Assembly (NCBI GenBank): GCA_038087875.1
Contig: CM075988.1
Coordinates: forward strand, 20,648,001-20,712,000
Reading direction: 5' to 3'
Length of the DNA stretch: 64,000 nt
Source of the DNA: Malacoraja senta
Lineage: Eukaryota
The first letter of the stretch is position 1. Each line of letters opens with the position of its first letter. Positions 38,340 through 52,359 of this stretch are shown here, piece after piece. The notes beneath the pieces are model-generated. The model did not search any database. It worked only from the letters and a program-made list of their open reading frames with translations, and was not told the origin of the DNA. Both the position numbers and the translations under genes were made by a program.

Positions 38340-38965
38340 TACTGGATCTCCTGGTTGACAACCATTATAACTCCTCTTCCCATTCCCACACTGACCTTTT
38401 TGTCCTGGGCCTCCTCCATTGCTATTGCAAACTAGAGGAACAGCATCTTATATTCTGCTTGTGTAGCTTACAACCCATTTTTATGAACACTTTTCTTTTC
38501 AATTTTAGGTAACCACAAAACGCCCCCCCCCCCCTCTCTTTCCTATCCCACTCTCCTTTCTTTCTCTTCCCTATCTCCCCTGTGCCCCAATGGACTCACA
38601 CCTATATCTCACCTTCCCCCCTCCCTTCCAACTACACTCTTTCCTCTAGCTTCACAACTTGGAATTCTTCAATCCTTTTGTCTCACACTTTCTGTCTTTT
38701 CATCTCTGGTCTTAGTCCAACCACCTTCTTCTCAACCGCCCCCCCCTCAAATGTATCCACCTATTACCTGCCATGCTATGTCCCGCCCCTCCTCTTGTCC
38801 AGCTCCCCCCCCCCCCACTCCTCCACACAATCAATCTGAAGAAGGGTCCTAACCCAAAACATCACCTATCTATGTTCTCCAGAGATGCTGCCTGACCGCT
38901 TGAGTTACTCCAGCATTTTGTGCCCTTTTGATGTAAACCAGCGTCTGTAGTTCCATGTTTCTGCA
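38340..38965 (+). mobile_element. PLE 3' fragment (GIY-YIG end, 3' UTR, pLTR)
   Basis: SHSHTDLFVLGLLHC..KLEEQHLIFCL; pLTR ~38835-38965. Confidence 0.8.
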
Positions 38966-41900
38966 CATGGGACTAGCTGAGATTGGGCATCTTGGTTGGC
39001 ATGGATGTATTTGGCCGAAGGGAATGTTTCCCTGTCCTATGACTCTATGACACTTTATGACTGGTTTAGAATGCAGTAGTTAGGTTGCATCAAAAATATT
39101 CGGGCTGTATGTGGATTATTTAATCTCTTGATCACTGTGAAACATCAGTAGGGAGTGCTCTTAGGGTTATGACTGAGTATCAATGTCATGAAATCTTATG
39201 GTTTACCACAAGTTCATTGAGCAAGCTGGAGCTGTTAGCAGAGCTGCACTGTGACTAATGCAGCATTGAACTGATGTTAATTAACAAACGGAGAATAATA
39301 TAGTTGTAAATCGGTGTAGAAAGTCTCACAAGGATACGTTTTGATGTGACCATCTTAATCTGCATTCATAAAAGATTGAGATGTACTTACATTCAGGAAT
39401 TTGACAATTTTCACACATGGCGCCTTGTGAAAGGGTTTGAGAATATCAAATTATAGATCATGGTCTGGAATTTAGTTCCACTGCTATTGAAAACAAAAGC
39501 AAAATGGCTCTTTTCATGAGATATTTCTGATACTATTTACAGCACAACCTTAATTTTGTCACGCAAGAACATGTCCCGATCTTGCCCTTTTATATTTAAC
39601 TCCAATACTGCACCGAGGTTGGGCCGATAAGTATCTCGACCCAAAACAGCACCCATTCCTTCTCTCCAGAGATGCTGGCTGTCCCGCTGAGTTACTCCAG
39701 CATTTTGTGTCTATCTTAGGTGGAAACCATCATCTGCAGTTCCTTCCTACACATTAAGTTTGTCTTCACTTGAGTTCAGAGAAATGAGAGGGGATCCTTT
39801 AGAAACATAAAATTCTGAGAGGAATGGACTGGATTCTGGAAAGATTTTTTTCTTGGCTGAGGGATCTGGAAAGAAGCGTTGCAGCTTTGGAATATCAAAT
39901 TTAGAAGTGAGATGAAGATGATTTTTTTCACAGTGTTGAGAACTAGTGAACCCTTCGCGACAGAAGGAATGGAGGGAAGTCATTGAACATATTTAGTTTA
40001 GTTTAGTTTAAAGATACAGCACAAACACAAGCCCTTCGGCCAAACTGAGTCCACACTGACCATCGATCACCTGTTCACAAGTTCTATGTTATCCCACTTT
40101 CTCATTAACTCCCTACACACTTTGGGCAATTTACAAAGATCAATTAACCTACAAACCCCACACGTCTTTGGGATGTGGGAAAAATCCGGAGCACCCGGAG
40201 AAAACCCACATGGTCACAGGGAGAACGTGCAAACTCCACACAATGAGTACCTGAGGTCAGGATCGAACCCAGGTTTCTGGTGCCGTGAGGCAGCAGCTCC
40301 ACCAGCTGTGCCTCTCTGCCACCAATGCCATCATTTAAGTAGGAGAAGGTTTTAGACACTAAATATATCAAGATGTTATGGGGAAAGAGATGTAGTATTG
40401 AAATAATGAATTAACTATGATCAAGAATGGATGTTCCTGGATTCATATTTAGTGATCTGTTAAATTTCATGAGTTTTTGTTTATTTCAGCACAGACATAT
40501 TGGGCTGAACAACTTGTCCCTGTGCTGTAGGGTTTTGTGCTTTATGTTTTGCATTAGGAATGCAAGAGTGTAATATATTATTTAAAAAAAAAGTGAAATG
40601 AAGCAAACTTTGACCACATTGCAAGCCGGAACAGATTCAAATAGCCAACCCCAGCTCCTATTTTAAATGGTGTTTAATGTTTAAAATTCTGTTTATCAGT
40701 GAATTGATTTCTTCACCATACAAAGTTCTTAATCTGATTTTGACGATGAGAATGATGGCATGATATTAGCAAATTCCATCTTTACAAGAGGTGGAGTGGA
40801 CAAACATTTTGGATTATGCTGGACATTTGAAAGCAATGTTACTTCTTAAATCTTGTTAGTGGTATGGATACCTTGAATTAATTGTATTCTTCCACAAAAC
40901 CTACCTAAAACAGCTAGACCTGTTGGCAAGACTAAATTAAGAGGAAAGTTGAAAAGTTGACAGTTCCTTCAGAAGGATCTCACATTGGGTTTTAAACTTG
41001 CTAGATGGGGAAATATATTGAAAAAAGGGAAGGAATTCCATGAATATAGACACAAAATGCTGGCGTAACTCAGCGGGACAGGCAGCATCTCTGGATGGAA
41101 GGAATGAGTGGCGTTTCGCGTCGAGACCCGACCAGACATATAACCCAAATATTTAAGTCTAAAGAAGGGTCTCAACCTGAAACGTCACCCATTCCTTTTC
41201 TCCAGAGATGCTGCCTGTCCCGCTGAGTTACTCCAGCTTTTTGTGTCTATCTTCGGTTTAAACCAGCATCCTGTAGAAATTCCATGAGGTTGGTAACCAA
41301 AGTTAAACCATCCCTAACTCACAGCCAGAGAGTCATACAGCACGGAAACAGGCCCTTTGGTCCAACTTGTCCATGCTGTCCACATCTACAGCAGTCCCAG
41401 CTGCCCACATTTGGCCCACATCCTTCTAACCTTTCCCATCCATTTAGCTGTCCAAATAACTTTTAAAAGTTGTTATAGTACCTGCCTCAACTACCTCCTC
41501 TGGCATTTTCCCAATGTACCCATCACTGTCTGTGATTCAAGTTGCTATTAAATCTTTCCCCTCTCACCTTAAACCTAACCCCCCACTTCTGTTTTGATTT
41601 TGTGACCTAATAACATCTAACTTAATAAAATAATCACTAAAAAGTATAAAATCAATGCATGTTAAAAATTAAATATATTATGAAAAATAAGATTATTGGG
41701 ATGACAGCTCTGTCAATTTGGGGCTAAATAATAATTGGGCAAAATAATAATACATATTAAAAAAAACAATTTAGTGGTGTGGTCAGTCACAAAAAAATGT
41801 ACAGCATCTATCTTAGCCTTGTTGAAAATTTAGTAGGGGAGAATTGTCTTTGAATATACTAACGTGACGGCAGATCACCAGCAATGGGGTCTCGACCCAA

Positions 41901-42600
41901 AACGTCACATTCCTTCTCTCCAGAGATGCTGCCTGTGCCGCAGAGTTACTCCAGCGTTTTGTGACTAACAATATAGTGATACGTTAGCAAAATTCAAACC
42001 AAATATTGGGTTTATTTCCAGGGAAACACAGGGACATTATGGTAAACCAGTGTCACCTCTTGATTAGATCACATGGAACATTGTGCAGTATTCTTATCAT
42101 CTCACAAAATTAGTTTTCAAGAGAGAGTTAGATTTAGCTCTTAGGGCAATCAAGGGATATTGGGAGAAAGCAGGAACGGGGTACTGGTTTTGGATGATCA
42201 GCCATGATCATATTGAATGGCGGTGCTGGCTCGAAGAGCCGAATGGCCTACTCCTGCACCTATTTTCTATGTTTCTATGGTATACAGTCACAGCATGTTT
42301 ATTAGAATTATATTGGAATACAAAATGTTGCTGGAAACATGGCAAATCTTGTGCACTGTCTCAGTGTAATCTACTATTCCTACACAATTATGATTGTGCC
42401 TATGTTCACTAAGATTTTTGTTGAACTGTATGCAAGAAGATACAGTACAGTCGCACAGCTGGTAGAGTTACTGCCTCACAGCGACAGAGACCTGGGTTCG
42501 ATCCTGAACTGTAGTGCAGTATGTGAGGAGTTTGCATGTTCTCCCTGTGACCACGTGGGTTTTCTCTGGGTGCTCCGGCTTCCTCCCACATCCCAAAGAT

Positions 42601-42872
42601 TCACTGATTCTTTATTATCACGTATGCACAGTGCAGTGAAATTCTTTTGCACAACCCACAAATACACAGTTGCCGTATTTTGCCGTTGTTTACTAAGAAA
42701 AAGAAAAAGTCAGAAATCCATGGATGCTGGAGGTACTGGAGCGTACCTGATCCAGGTAAGCCCAGGTACGCCCCAGGGTGCTGCACGCCCGTAACCTGAC
42801 CTCCCTCTCCTCGCCCAACTGCCTGTGTCCTGTGGAGGGGGGGGGGGGGGGGGACATCCTGCAGCCGACCTT
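42601..42872 (-). mobile_element. GC-rich non-coding retroposon with Rex1-type tail inserted in HE1; related copy at ~54058-54285
   Basis: TSD AAAGAT (42595-600, 42873-78). Shares GCACAG..AGTGAAATTCTT.TGC.CAACC.ACAAAT.CACAG and CCTGCAGCCGACCTT with the 54 kb copy. Confidence 0.65.
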
Positions 42873-45383
42873 AAAGATGTGTGGGTTTGTAGGTTAATAG
42901 ATCTCTGTAAATTACCACTTGAGATAAGATAGGACTAGTGTGACCGGGTGATCAATGGTCAGTATGGACTCGGTGTACCGACATGCCTGCTTCCATGCTG
43001 TATCTCTAGAACTAAAAAAACTACTGTACCTAGGTACATGCGGCAATAAAGTGCCATTGAGCCATTCAATCATTGTGTATTAGATAGATTAGATTAGATT
43101 AGATTAGATAGCCCTCATTAGTTAGTATGAGGGAGAAACGGTTGGAAGGATTTCTTGTGGGGACATAGAGAAGGTGGAGGAGGCTTGTGTGTAGCATAAA
43201 CACTGGCAGGTTGCTGCTGGGCCGAATGGCCTCTTTCATTGTTGTGAATACCGTGTAAGACATGGAGGCCTTCCCATTATCCCGTAGCATGTTCCTGATG
43301 AACGGCTATGAGGTTAAGTCTGTTCCGATTTAAGGCAATCCCTTAAATCAACCTTCATTTGATCTGCACTTTCTTTGATAAGGCATTCTCACGGTGGTTA
43401 TGAACCCAGTCATGATGTTATGCACAAAGTCTCCAAAGGTGACCACAAGTCTAGACTCAAGGAGGTTCTACTTCAGATGAACAGTCGGCGAGACGGGTTT
43501 TAATTGTTTACTGCAGCTGTGTTGAATTATTATTGAAAGTTCTGAATAATCAGCAAACTCCTTTGGACATGCAGAGTAATTTGAAGAATGCAGAGTGTGG
43601 TTTCTAATGCTTTTGCTCAGTCATTCTCTGGTCCAAGCTTTATAAACAGAGCCCGGTATTATCAAACTGCAGGACAATACTCATTAGTTGCTGTGAACAG
43701 CAGAAAAGGCACAGATAGGAACTGATCGCTGCACAAATACTCTTCTCCTTTCTGATAAGACATTTGTTGAATACCGAGCTCTGTTCAGCTCTGTGTAGGA
43801 AGGAACTGCAGATGCTGGTTTAAACCGAAGAAGAACACAAAAAGCTGGAGTAACTCAACTCTCTTTATTGACCCATAAGGGTCTCTACCCGAAAGGTCAC
43901 CCATCCCTTCTCTCCAGTGATGCTGCCTGTCCCACTGAGTTCCAGCTTTTTGTGTCTATCTTCTGTTCCGCACACATGCCATAGTTTCTCCTCCAGCATT
44001 GTGTTCTCAATCAGCAGAAAGCTTCAGCTGACAACTCTGAATCCTTCAATTCGGTTAGTATTTCCGCATTCAAAAGTATTGCAAATGTCTTGATCCAAAT
44101 CAGATATTTCATCTGTTCAGCCAAACCCGGTTTGTGCCAATTTATGCAAGAAAGAGACTTGCAAGCTGTAACCAAATTTATGTTATTGTATACAATTAAA
44201 CAATAAATGTGTAACGAAAGGTCTGAAGAAGGGTTTTGACCCAAAATGTCACCTATTCCTTTTCTCCAGAGATGCTGTCTGACCCGCTGAGTTACTCCAG
44301 CATTTTGTGTCTTATCTTCGGTGTAAACCAGCATCTGCAGTTCTTTCCTACACGATAAACATTTAAAGATTTTTTCCTTCCATTAATTAATAATGGACAT
44401 GTTATCTGCAGAGTTGAATATGTTTTAAAATGAGCATTCTGTTCATATCTAATTTTGCATTCCTTTTGAAGAGACTGCTGACAATGTTGGTTTTGTTCCC
44501 AGACCATGACCTTGCTTTTGATTATCACATTATGCATGCCCCTCATGGTCTTGTACACCTCAACAACCCCCTCCCCTTCAACTTCCTATGCGTCAAAGAA
44601 AAAAGTCCCAGCCTATCCAACCGCTCCCTTTCTTTCTGTCTTTCTGCTTATTGGTTAGCACGCAACAAAAGCTTTTCACTGTACCTCGGTACACATGACA
44701 ATAAACTAAACAGACCTGAACTATAACCTGAGCTCACAAGCCGAGGCAACATTTACCTGCAACCTGTGGGTTAATTGGCTTCGATAAAATTATAAATGAT
44801 CTCTAGTGTGAAGGATAGTTTTAGTATATGGGGTGATCGCTGGTTGGCACGGACTCGGTGTGCTGAAGAACCTATTTCCACGCAGTGTCTCTAAAGTGAA
44901 GTCTAAAGCAACGTTCTGATCTCTTCTACACCCATTCCAACTTAATGACATCCTTCCCATAGCTGGGCAACCAGAACTGCAGGGAGTACTCCGAACATTC
45001 AAGCACCTTTGAAGTGAAGCAAATGAAGTGAAGCTTTCCGTTCTTCTACAATGTCGCCAACATTTACTGCACTTGAACGAAGTTGCTTCTGCAGGAACTT
45101 ATTCCTATCAAAGGCCCACTGCCTGTTCACCTTTCACCCATGTGCATGTTCTCGTTGTAATGGTATTTCAGGTGATCAGCAGAAACTTTGTGCTGTAGGG
45201 CCCAAAGCTCAGAAATAAACAGGAGCGTGGTAATGCTTAACTCTGTGGATGATCTCAGAACATTCCTTTACCATAACTTCAGCCATTGTTAAACTCTAAG
45301 TGTATCAGTCAGACAGCGAACCTGTGCTGCTGAAAGTGGGAAATCTAATCTGAGAGATGGAGGGTAATTAAAGTATCAGTTAA

Positions 45384-45398
45384 TGTTGCCTAGCAACA
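45384..45398. promoter_or_regulatory. Candidate RFX X-box in a repeat-free island
   Basis: TGTTGCCTAGCAACA matches the palindromic RFX consensus; TAATTA is ~20 bp upstream. Function not shown. Confidence 0.3.
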
Positions 45399-45652
45399 CC
45401 ATGAGGCATGCGAAGCAAAGGGCTTCTCTTCCAAACCATTATATTAAGTGCCTTATCCTGTGTAAAGAACTGTCCTTTCAGGAATCCAATAGTATCATAG
45501 AATTAAATATTTGCCATTCTTCAGTAAATAATCAGCATGAAAACATCTTAAAATATTCACTATTCCTGAGCAAGTAATCAGTATTTAAAACGTCGAACCA
45601 ATAAAATCGAGTGCAGGTCATCTCCAATAATACACACTACTTCACAGAGGTA

Positions 45653-46210
45653 AGGAGGCTGAGGTCATTTAACATCTGCCAACCCCTACTGTGCAGTGTC
45701 TACCATTCAGTGGTGGCCAGTGCTCTGTTTTTTGCGGTGGCCTGTTGGGGAGATGGCGCCCGCATAGCGGACAAAAACAGACTGGACAAGCTGATCAGGA
45801 AGGCCGGCTCAGTGGTCGGGGCTGAGCAACGAACGGTCCAGCAGGTGGCAGAGACCAGAACTCTGAACAAACTGGGTTCAATAATGACCAACCCCACTCA
45901 CCCACTCCATGCCCTGAAGGTTATCAAGAGCAGCATCTTCAGTCAGAGACTGATTGCACCAATGTGCAAAACTGAGAGACATAGGAAGTCCTGTTTACCA
46001 GCTGCTATAAGGTTATATAATGCGCATAAATAACTGCACTTTTTTTTTCATTAATTGTATTTTAACTTGTATTTTAACTTGTATTTTAACTTGTTAAGTA
46101 TGGAAGCTATTTGAGGAAATGTGTGGTGTTATGTCTGTCTTGAAGCTGTCGTGGCACTGTAATTTCCTGTAAAGGATTATTAAAGGTATTCAATCAATCA
46201 ATCAATCAAT
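45653..46210 (+). mobile_element. Young Rex1/Babar-clade LINE 3' fragment
   Basis: Open frame RRLRSFN..YHSVVASALFFAVACWG..RLDKLIRKAGSVVG..HPLH..CKTERHRKS.LPAAIRLYN to stop at 46033; (TCAA)n tail 46190-46210. Confidence 0.88.
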
Positions 46211-47564
46211 ATAGAAGGAGCTGCCAAAACGAGGTAGAGGCAGGTACTAAAACAATATTTCCAAGGCATTTGGGCAGGTGCATGGATAGGAAGGGTTTAG
46301 AGGGATGTGGGCCAAATGCAGGCAGGTGGGACTGGTGTAGATGGGACATCTTGGCTGGTATGGGCAAGTTGGGCTCATGGGCCTGTTTCTGTGCTGTATG
46401 ACTCTATGACTATGATTAACATGTGAACCAGCACATTGATCTACTAGTCCTGATGCCGGGTCTCAATCTGAATAAAATAAACGATTCCCCTCCCAGCACG
46501 GGTACTGCTTGACCTGTTGCGTTCCTCCAGCAGATTGTGATTGTATTCCAGATTCCAGCATCTGCAGTTTTTTGTATCTCTCTGCAGTGCGGAAATTTCA
46601 GTTTAATACAGGAGTTGTGTGGTTCAGGAAGAAGTAATGCCATGCCCATTCGAAGAAATTATTTTCTTTCAATAATTTGATATTGGCTCTTTTCCTTTAT
46701 GACTAAGGTAATGGTTTAGAGTCATGGAGTCATGGATTTAAGATAGAGTTAGATAGAGCTCTAGGGGCTAGTGGAGTCAAGGGATATGGGGAGAAGGCAG
46801 GAATGGGGTACTGATTGTGGATGATCAGCCATGATCACAATGAATGGCGGTGCTGGCTCGAAGGGCAGAATGGCCTCCTCCTGCACCTATTTTCTATGTT
46901 TCTATGTTTCTATGGAGTCATAGAGCATGGAAACATGTTCTTTGGCCCAATTCGTCCATGCTGATCAAGATGCCCCAGCTGCATTTACCTGTATTTGGCC
47001 TATATCCCGCTAAACCTTTGCTATCCATGTACCTGTCCAAGTGTCCATTAAACGCTGCTATAGTACCTGCCTCCTCTGGCAGCTCATTCCATATACCCGC
47101 CACCATCTGTGTGAAAATGTTGCCCCTTAGGTTTGTATTAGATCTTGCACCTCTCACCTTAAACATATGTCCTCTTATTTTTTATACCCCTACCCTGCGT
47201 AAAACTCTATGAATTCGCCCTCTCTATTCCCCATATGATATTATACACCTCTATAAGATCACCCCTCAGCCTCCTGCGTTCAAAAGAATAAAGTCCTAGC
47301 GTGCCCAACATCTCCATATAAGCTCAGCCCTTCAAGTCCTGCCAACATCCTTATAAATCTTCTTTTCACTCTTTCCAGATTAATGCCATCCTCATACGTG
47401 CTCAATGGTCTATAGTTCCCAAGCTTTTCCTTGCAACCCATCTCAATTAAAGCACAAATTTGCCCTTTTCTAGTCATCTGACACCTCACCCTTCTGTTTT
47501 CACCTTTCTCCTATTCTGTAATTTATTTGTGAGGTGTTAGGGACACTTTTTTTTGACACAGTGA

Positions 47565-48152
47565 GTGGCGAGACCAAATGTAGACTGGATGATCATTTCG
47601 TTGAACACCTTCGCTCTGTCCGCCTTGGCCAATGTGATCTCCAGGTTGCCAAACACTTTAACTCCCCTTCCCATTCCCATACTGACCTTTCTGTCCTGGG
47701 GTTCCTCCATTGTCAGAGTGAGACCCAATGCAAATTGGTACAATAGCACCTCATATTCCACTTGGGCAGCTTACACCCCAGTGGTCTGAGCATTGATTTC
47801 TCTAACTTCAAGTAACCCTTGCATTCCCTTTCTCTCCATCTCTCCCCAACCTAGTTGTTGTACTAGTTTCACTGTCGTCCCATTGAGTTTTATTGTATGT
47901 ATAACTCATTATCACTTAGCCCACAGGCAACATTGCACCGTGGGCTCCACCTTTCCTTGATCATTGTTACCTTTTTGCATATCTTTCATTCATTTGTTCT
48001 ATATCTCTCCATATCACTGCCTATGTCTCTTGTTTTCCTTTCCCCTATCTCTCAGTCTGAAGATGGGTATTGACCTGAAAAGTCACCTATTTCTTTTCTC
48101 AAGAGATGCTGCCAGACCTGCTGAGTTACTCCAGCTTTTTGTGTCTATCTTC
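47565..48152 (+). mobile_element. PLE 3' fragment (GIY-YIG end, pLTR)
   Basis: GETKCRLDDHFVEHLRS..HFNSPSHSHTDLSVLG; pLTR ~48053-48152. Confidence 0.85.
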
Positions 48153-51100
48153 AGAATATGTAAAGATAGTAGCCTGCAAATAATATATATATATATATAA
48201 ATATACTGAACTTGTTTTTTTTATATATTTTTATATTATATTGTTATATTATATTGTTACATATATACACACATATACATGCACACATAAAACAAACAAA
48301 CCAACAATAATAATGCAAAATCACAAAACCAATGCCCCCAAGTCTATATAGTTACCTGATCATTGCCTGAAAGAAGATTACAGAGAATATTGTTATATTA
48401 GCTAGAAATAATGATAGATTTATGTGGAAAAGAGTGGGGCGATTGAATTGCAGATCATTGTAGATCCCCCTCTGAGACCGGCCCACAAAGAGTGGACACG
48501 TTCTGGCACCATCTTGAGATTCCAATTGTGGGTTTGTATCATGCAGAGAAAAGATGAACAATGTCAGGCGTGTCCCTGTAGTTTAACCGGAGGGAATGTG
48601 CGTGCAATGCCTAAAGAGAGCTTCTCAGATCCAAAGAGCTCACACCCAGGGCTTTATCAGTGGGGTAAGATAATGACACTATAATCTTTTGTCTTCACCA
48701 ACAGATGGAAAGTGGATGATTTGGCAATATGGCAACCTGTTTATTTTCAAGTGATTCATTCCTACCATTGGTATTGACCAACTATTGTGAAATTGTTCCG
48801 ATAACATGAAATATGACTACTCAGTACTACTAATCATTGCCAGTACCTCTGATTGCACCATTTTGAGTCCTAATCTGTTCCTAATTCCTTTAAACAATGA
48901 ATAACAATAAGTTCCATAAAATGTACATCATAAAACTCATGCATAAAACATGATGTGTGACTCTAAAAGCATATTTCCTGCAATGATTTTGTAATTAATT
49001 TTATTATGAAGTTCACTGACACAAAATGAATTTGAATCATTTCAATATCGTCATTTTTACAAAGTAAATTGTTATCATACCTTTCTGATATGCATGTAAC
49101 ATAGAACAAACAGTGCAAAGGAACAGGCCTTTTGGCCATGGTGAGCATGATGACAAGGTAAACTAATCTCCTCTACCTACACATGACCTATATCCATGTG
49201 CCTTTCCAAAAGCCTAAATGTTACCATAGTATCTGCCTCCACCATCACCCCAGGCAGCATCCTCCAGGCAGCCACCATCCTCTGTTTTAAAAAGTTGCCT
49301 CCTACATATCCATAAAATGGTGCCCCTTTCACCTTAAAGCTATGCCTTCTATTCTTTGACATTTTCACCCCAGGGAGAAAGGTTCTGACTGTCTACCCTA
49401 TCTATGTCTCTCATAACTTTACATACTTCCATCAGGTAGCCACTGAGACACCAACACTCCAGGGACAACAACCCAAGTTTGTCCAATCTCGCCTTATAGC
49501 TACTATCCTCGAATCCAGGCAGTGTCGTGGTAAACCAGTTCTGCATCCTCTCTAAAGCTTCCACATCCTTCCTGTGACGGGTGATAGGTATACTGATGAT
49601 GGCAAGTGTGCCACTTGTCTTCTTTACCACTCTATCCACTGGCAGGGAGATATCTAGTCTAATGCTTACTCCCCATTACAAAAATCCCCATTCTCAAACT
49701 TGACTTTGAGGATCTTATTTTTGCATTTTCGCAGCACTTGAACTTGAGCGGAATATTATTACTTTGAAAATTATGTCATCTCATGGCACTTGGAACTCTG
49801 TTAATGGAAGAACAGAATCTCTCCCATAACTCTGCAAAGGCTGTTTCTTTTCAATGAAGTAACCTGAGTCCTCTATTAGTATCTCACCATCACACCATTA
49901 GTTGGCATGTGGATATGCAGGCAATGGAGGAATATGGATCATGTACAGGCAGAGGAGATTGGTATAACTTGGCGTCATGTTCGGCACAGACTTCGTGGGC
50001 CAGAGCTGTAATGGTGGCCATTCCTGTGCTGTAATGTTACCTAATTACTTAAACTAATGGAGCTAACCATAGGCTGGAGATAGAGAGGGTTGCTGGCATG
50101 GTGCAAAGCGCAAATATACCCTGCAGTGTTTTATTTTCACAAAACCAGAAGCAGAAACTGCTGGAGAGACATATCGGCCAGCAGATAAATGTTTGTGTTT
50201 AGTTTACTGTCACAGTGAAAAGCTCTTGTTGCGTGCTAACCAGTCAGCTGAAAGACAAGCACTGTACTGCAGATCTTGTCTGTTTCACTGCAGACACATG
50301 GAACTGCAGATGCTGGAATCTTGAGCAAAACAGGCAGCATCGGCGGAGGGAATATTTACACAATATTTAGGGTTGGGACTGTTCTTCAAACAGACGAAGG
50401 GCCCCAACCTGAATTATTATCTGTCAATTTCCTTCTATAGATGCTGCCTGACCTGCTGAGCCATAGTCACGCAACAGGGAAACAGACGCTTCTGTCCTTC
50501 TCATCCATGCTGACAAAGATGCCCCATCTAAGCTGTCCCATTCACTTTATCATGGATCTCTACACTGTGGATGGCTCACCTGTAATCATGTATAGATTTT
50601 CCGCTGACTGGTTAGCATGCAACAAAGGCTTTTAATGTACCTCTGTACACATGACAGTAGGCAAAACAAAACTAAGCATTTGCCCATGTTCCTCCATGCT
50701 GGTTTACACCGAAGATAGACACAAAATGCTGGAGTAACTCAGCGGGTTAAGCAGCATCTATGGAAAAAGGAAAGGTAACGTTTTGGATCGAGTCCCTTCT
50801 TCAGATTCTAAGAAGGGATGGAAGAAGTGTCTCGACTCGAATCATCACCTATTATTTTCTCCAGAGATGCTGCCGGACCCGCTGAGTTACTCCAGCGTTT
50901 TGTGCCTATCTTCCTCTAGCTCTTTGTATTTTAAGTCAGTTTCTATATCAATAGCAGCTCCTGAATCTTTCCGCCATTTCCTGTTCTGAAATCTGTGGAT
51001 TTTCGACTTGCATTATTTCCCTCTCCAAACCATTGTTCCTGTCTGTCCACACTCCTGAATCACCACTGCTCTTCCACCCACCACCTCCTGGAAACCTCTT

Positions 51101-51819
51101 CAATTTGCTTGCAGATATTTAATGCATTGATCATGCTTCTCAAATGATACATTTTACACATGATGCACTTTCTACATACAAACCCTGTTTTGACTGAAGT
51201 GTAGACCCCGTGTATTCTTTAGAATGAACACAGAGTACATTGATTACGTGCTGGGGGCTGTAACTGACAACTGACTAGTTGGCGGCACGGTGGTGCAGCA
51301 GTAGAGTTGCTGCCTTACAGCACCAGAGACCCGGGTTCGATCCTGACCACAGGTGCCGTCTGTATGGAGTTTGTACGTTCTTCCCGTGACCGCGCAGGTT
51401 TTCTCCAGGTGCTCCAGTTTCCTCCCACACTCCAAAGACGTACATGTTTGTAGGTTAATTATCTTTGGTAAAAATTGTAAACTGTCCCTAGTGTGTAGGA
51501 TCGTGTTAGTGTATGGGTATCGATGATCGGCACGGACCCAGAGGGCCGAAGGGCTTGTTTCCGTGCTGTATCTCTAAATTAAACTAACTGGACAAAAGCA
51601 GAAGTTTAATACTTCAATCAAATGGATCATGTGCAGAGATCTGATTTCCTAGTTTCTCCTTCACGACCAGAAGCTGATTCTTGTGGAAGATAGTCCTAAT
51701 GTACGGGGCGAACGCTGGGCGGTGTGGACTCGATGGGCTGAAGGGTCTGTTTCCGTGCTGGATCTCTAAAGTCTAAAGCCTGAAGTCTACAGAAGGCAGC
51801 TGATATCGTCAAAGAACCA

Positions 51820-52359
51820 CATCTGAGGAAGGACATTATAGCCATAGAGGGAGTGCAGAGAAGATTCACCAGACTGATTCCTGGGATGTCAGGACTTTCA
51901 TATGAAGAAAGACTGGATAGACTCGGCTTATACTCGCTAGAATTTAGGAGATTGAGAGGGGATCTTATAGAAACTTACAAGATTCTTATGGGGTTGGACA
52001 GGCTAGATGCAGGAAGATTGTTCCCGATGTTGGGGAAGTCCAGGACAAGGGGTCACAGCTTAAGGATAAGGGGGAAATCCTTTAAAACCGAGATGAGAAA
52101 AAACGTTTTCACACAGAGAGTGGTGAATCTCTGGAACTCTCTGCCACAGAGGGTAGTTGAGGCCAGTTCATTGGCTTATATTTAAGAGGGAGTTAGATGT
52201 GGCCCTTGTGGCTAAAGGGATCAGGGGGTATGGAGAGAAGGCAGGTACGGGATACTGAGTTGGATGATCAGCCATGATCATATTGAATGGCGGTGCAGGC
52301 TCGAAGGGCCGAATGGCCTACTCCTGCACCTATTTTCTATGTATCTATGTATCTATGTA
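51820..52359 (+). mobile_element. CR1/HER1-like LINE 3' fragment, same subfamily as 18838-19402
   Basis: Near-identical to the 18838 copy, including ATGGGGTTGG, CCAGGACAAGG and the (TCTATGTA)n tail. Confidence 0.92.

Noticed and set aside
48358..48368. Possible 11-nt microexon on the minus strand (ttctttcag|GCAATGATCAG|gtaact)
   Set aside because: Not frame-preserving, the donor lies at the edge of an old repeat fragment, and no partner exons were found.
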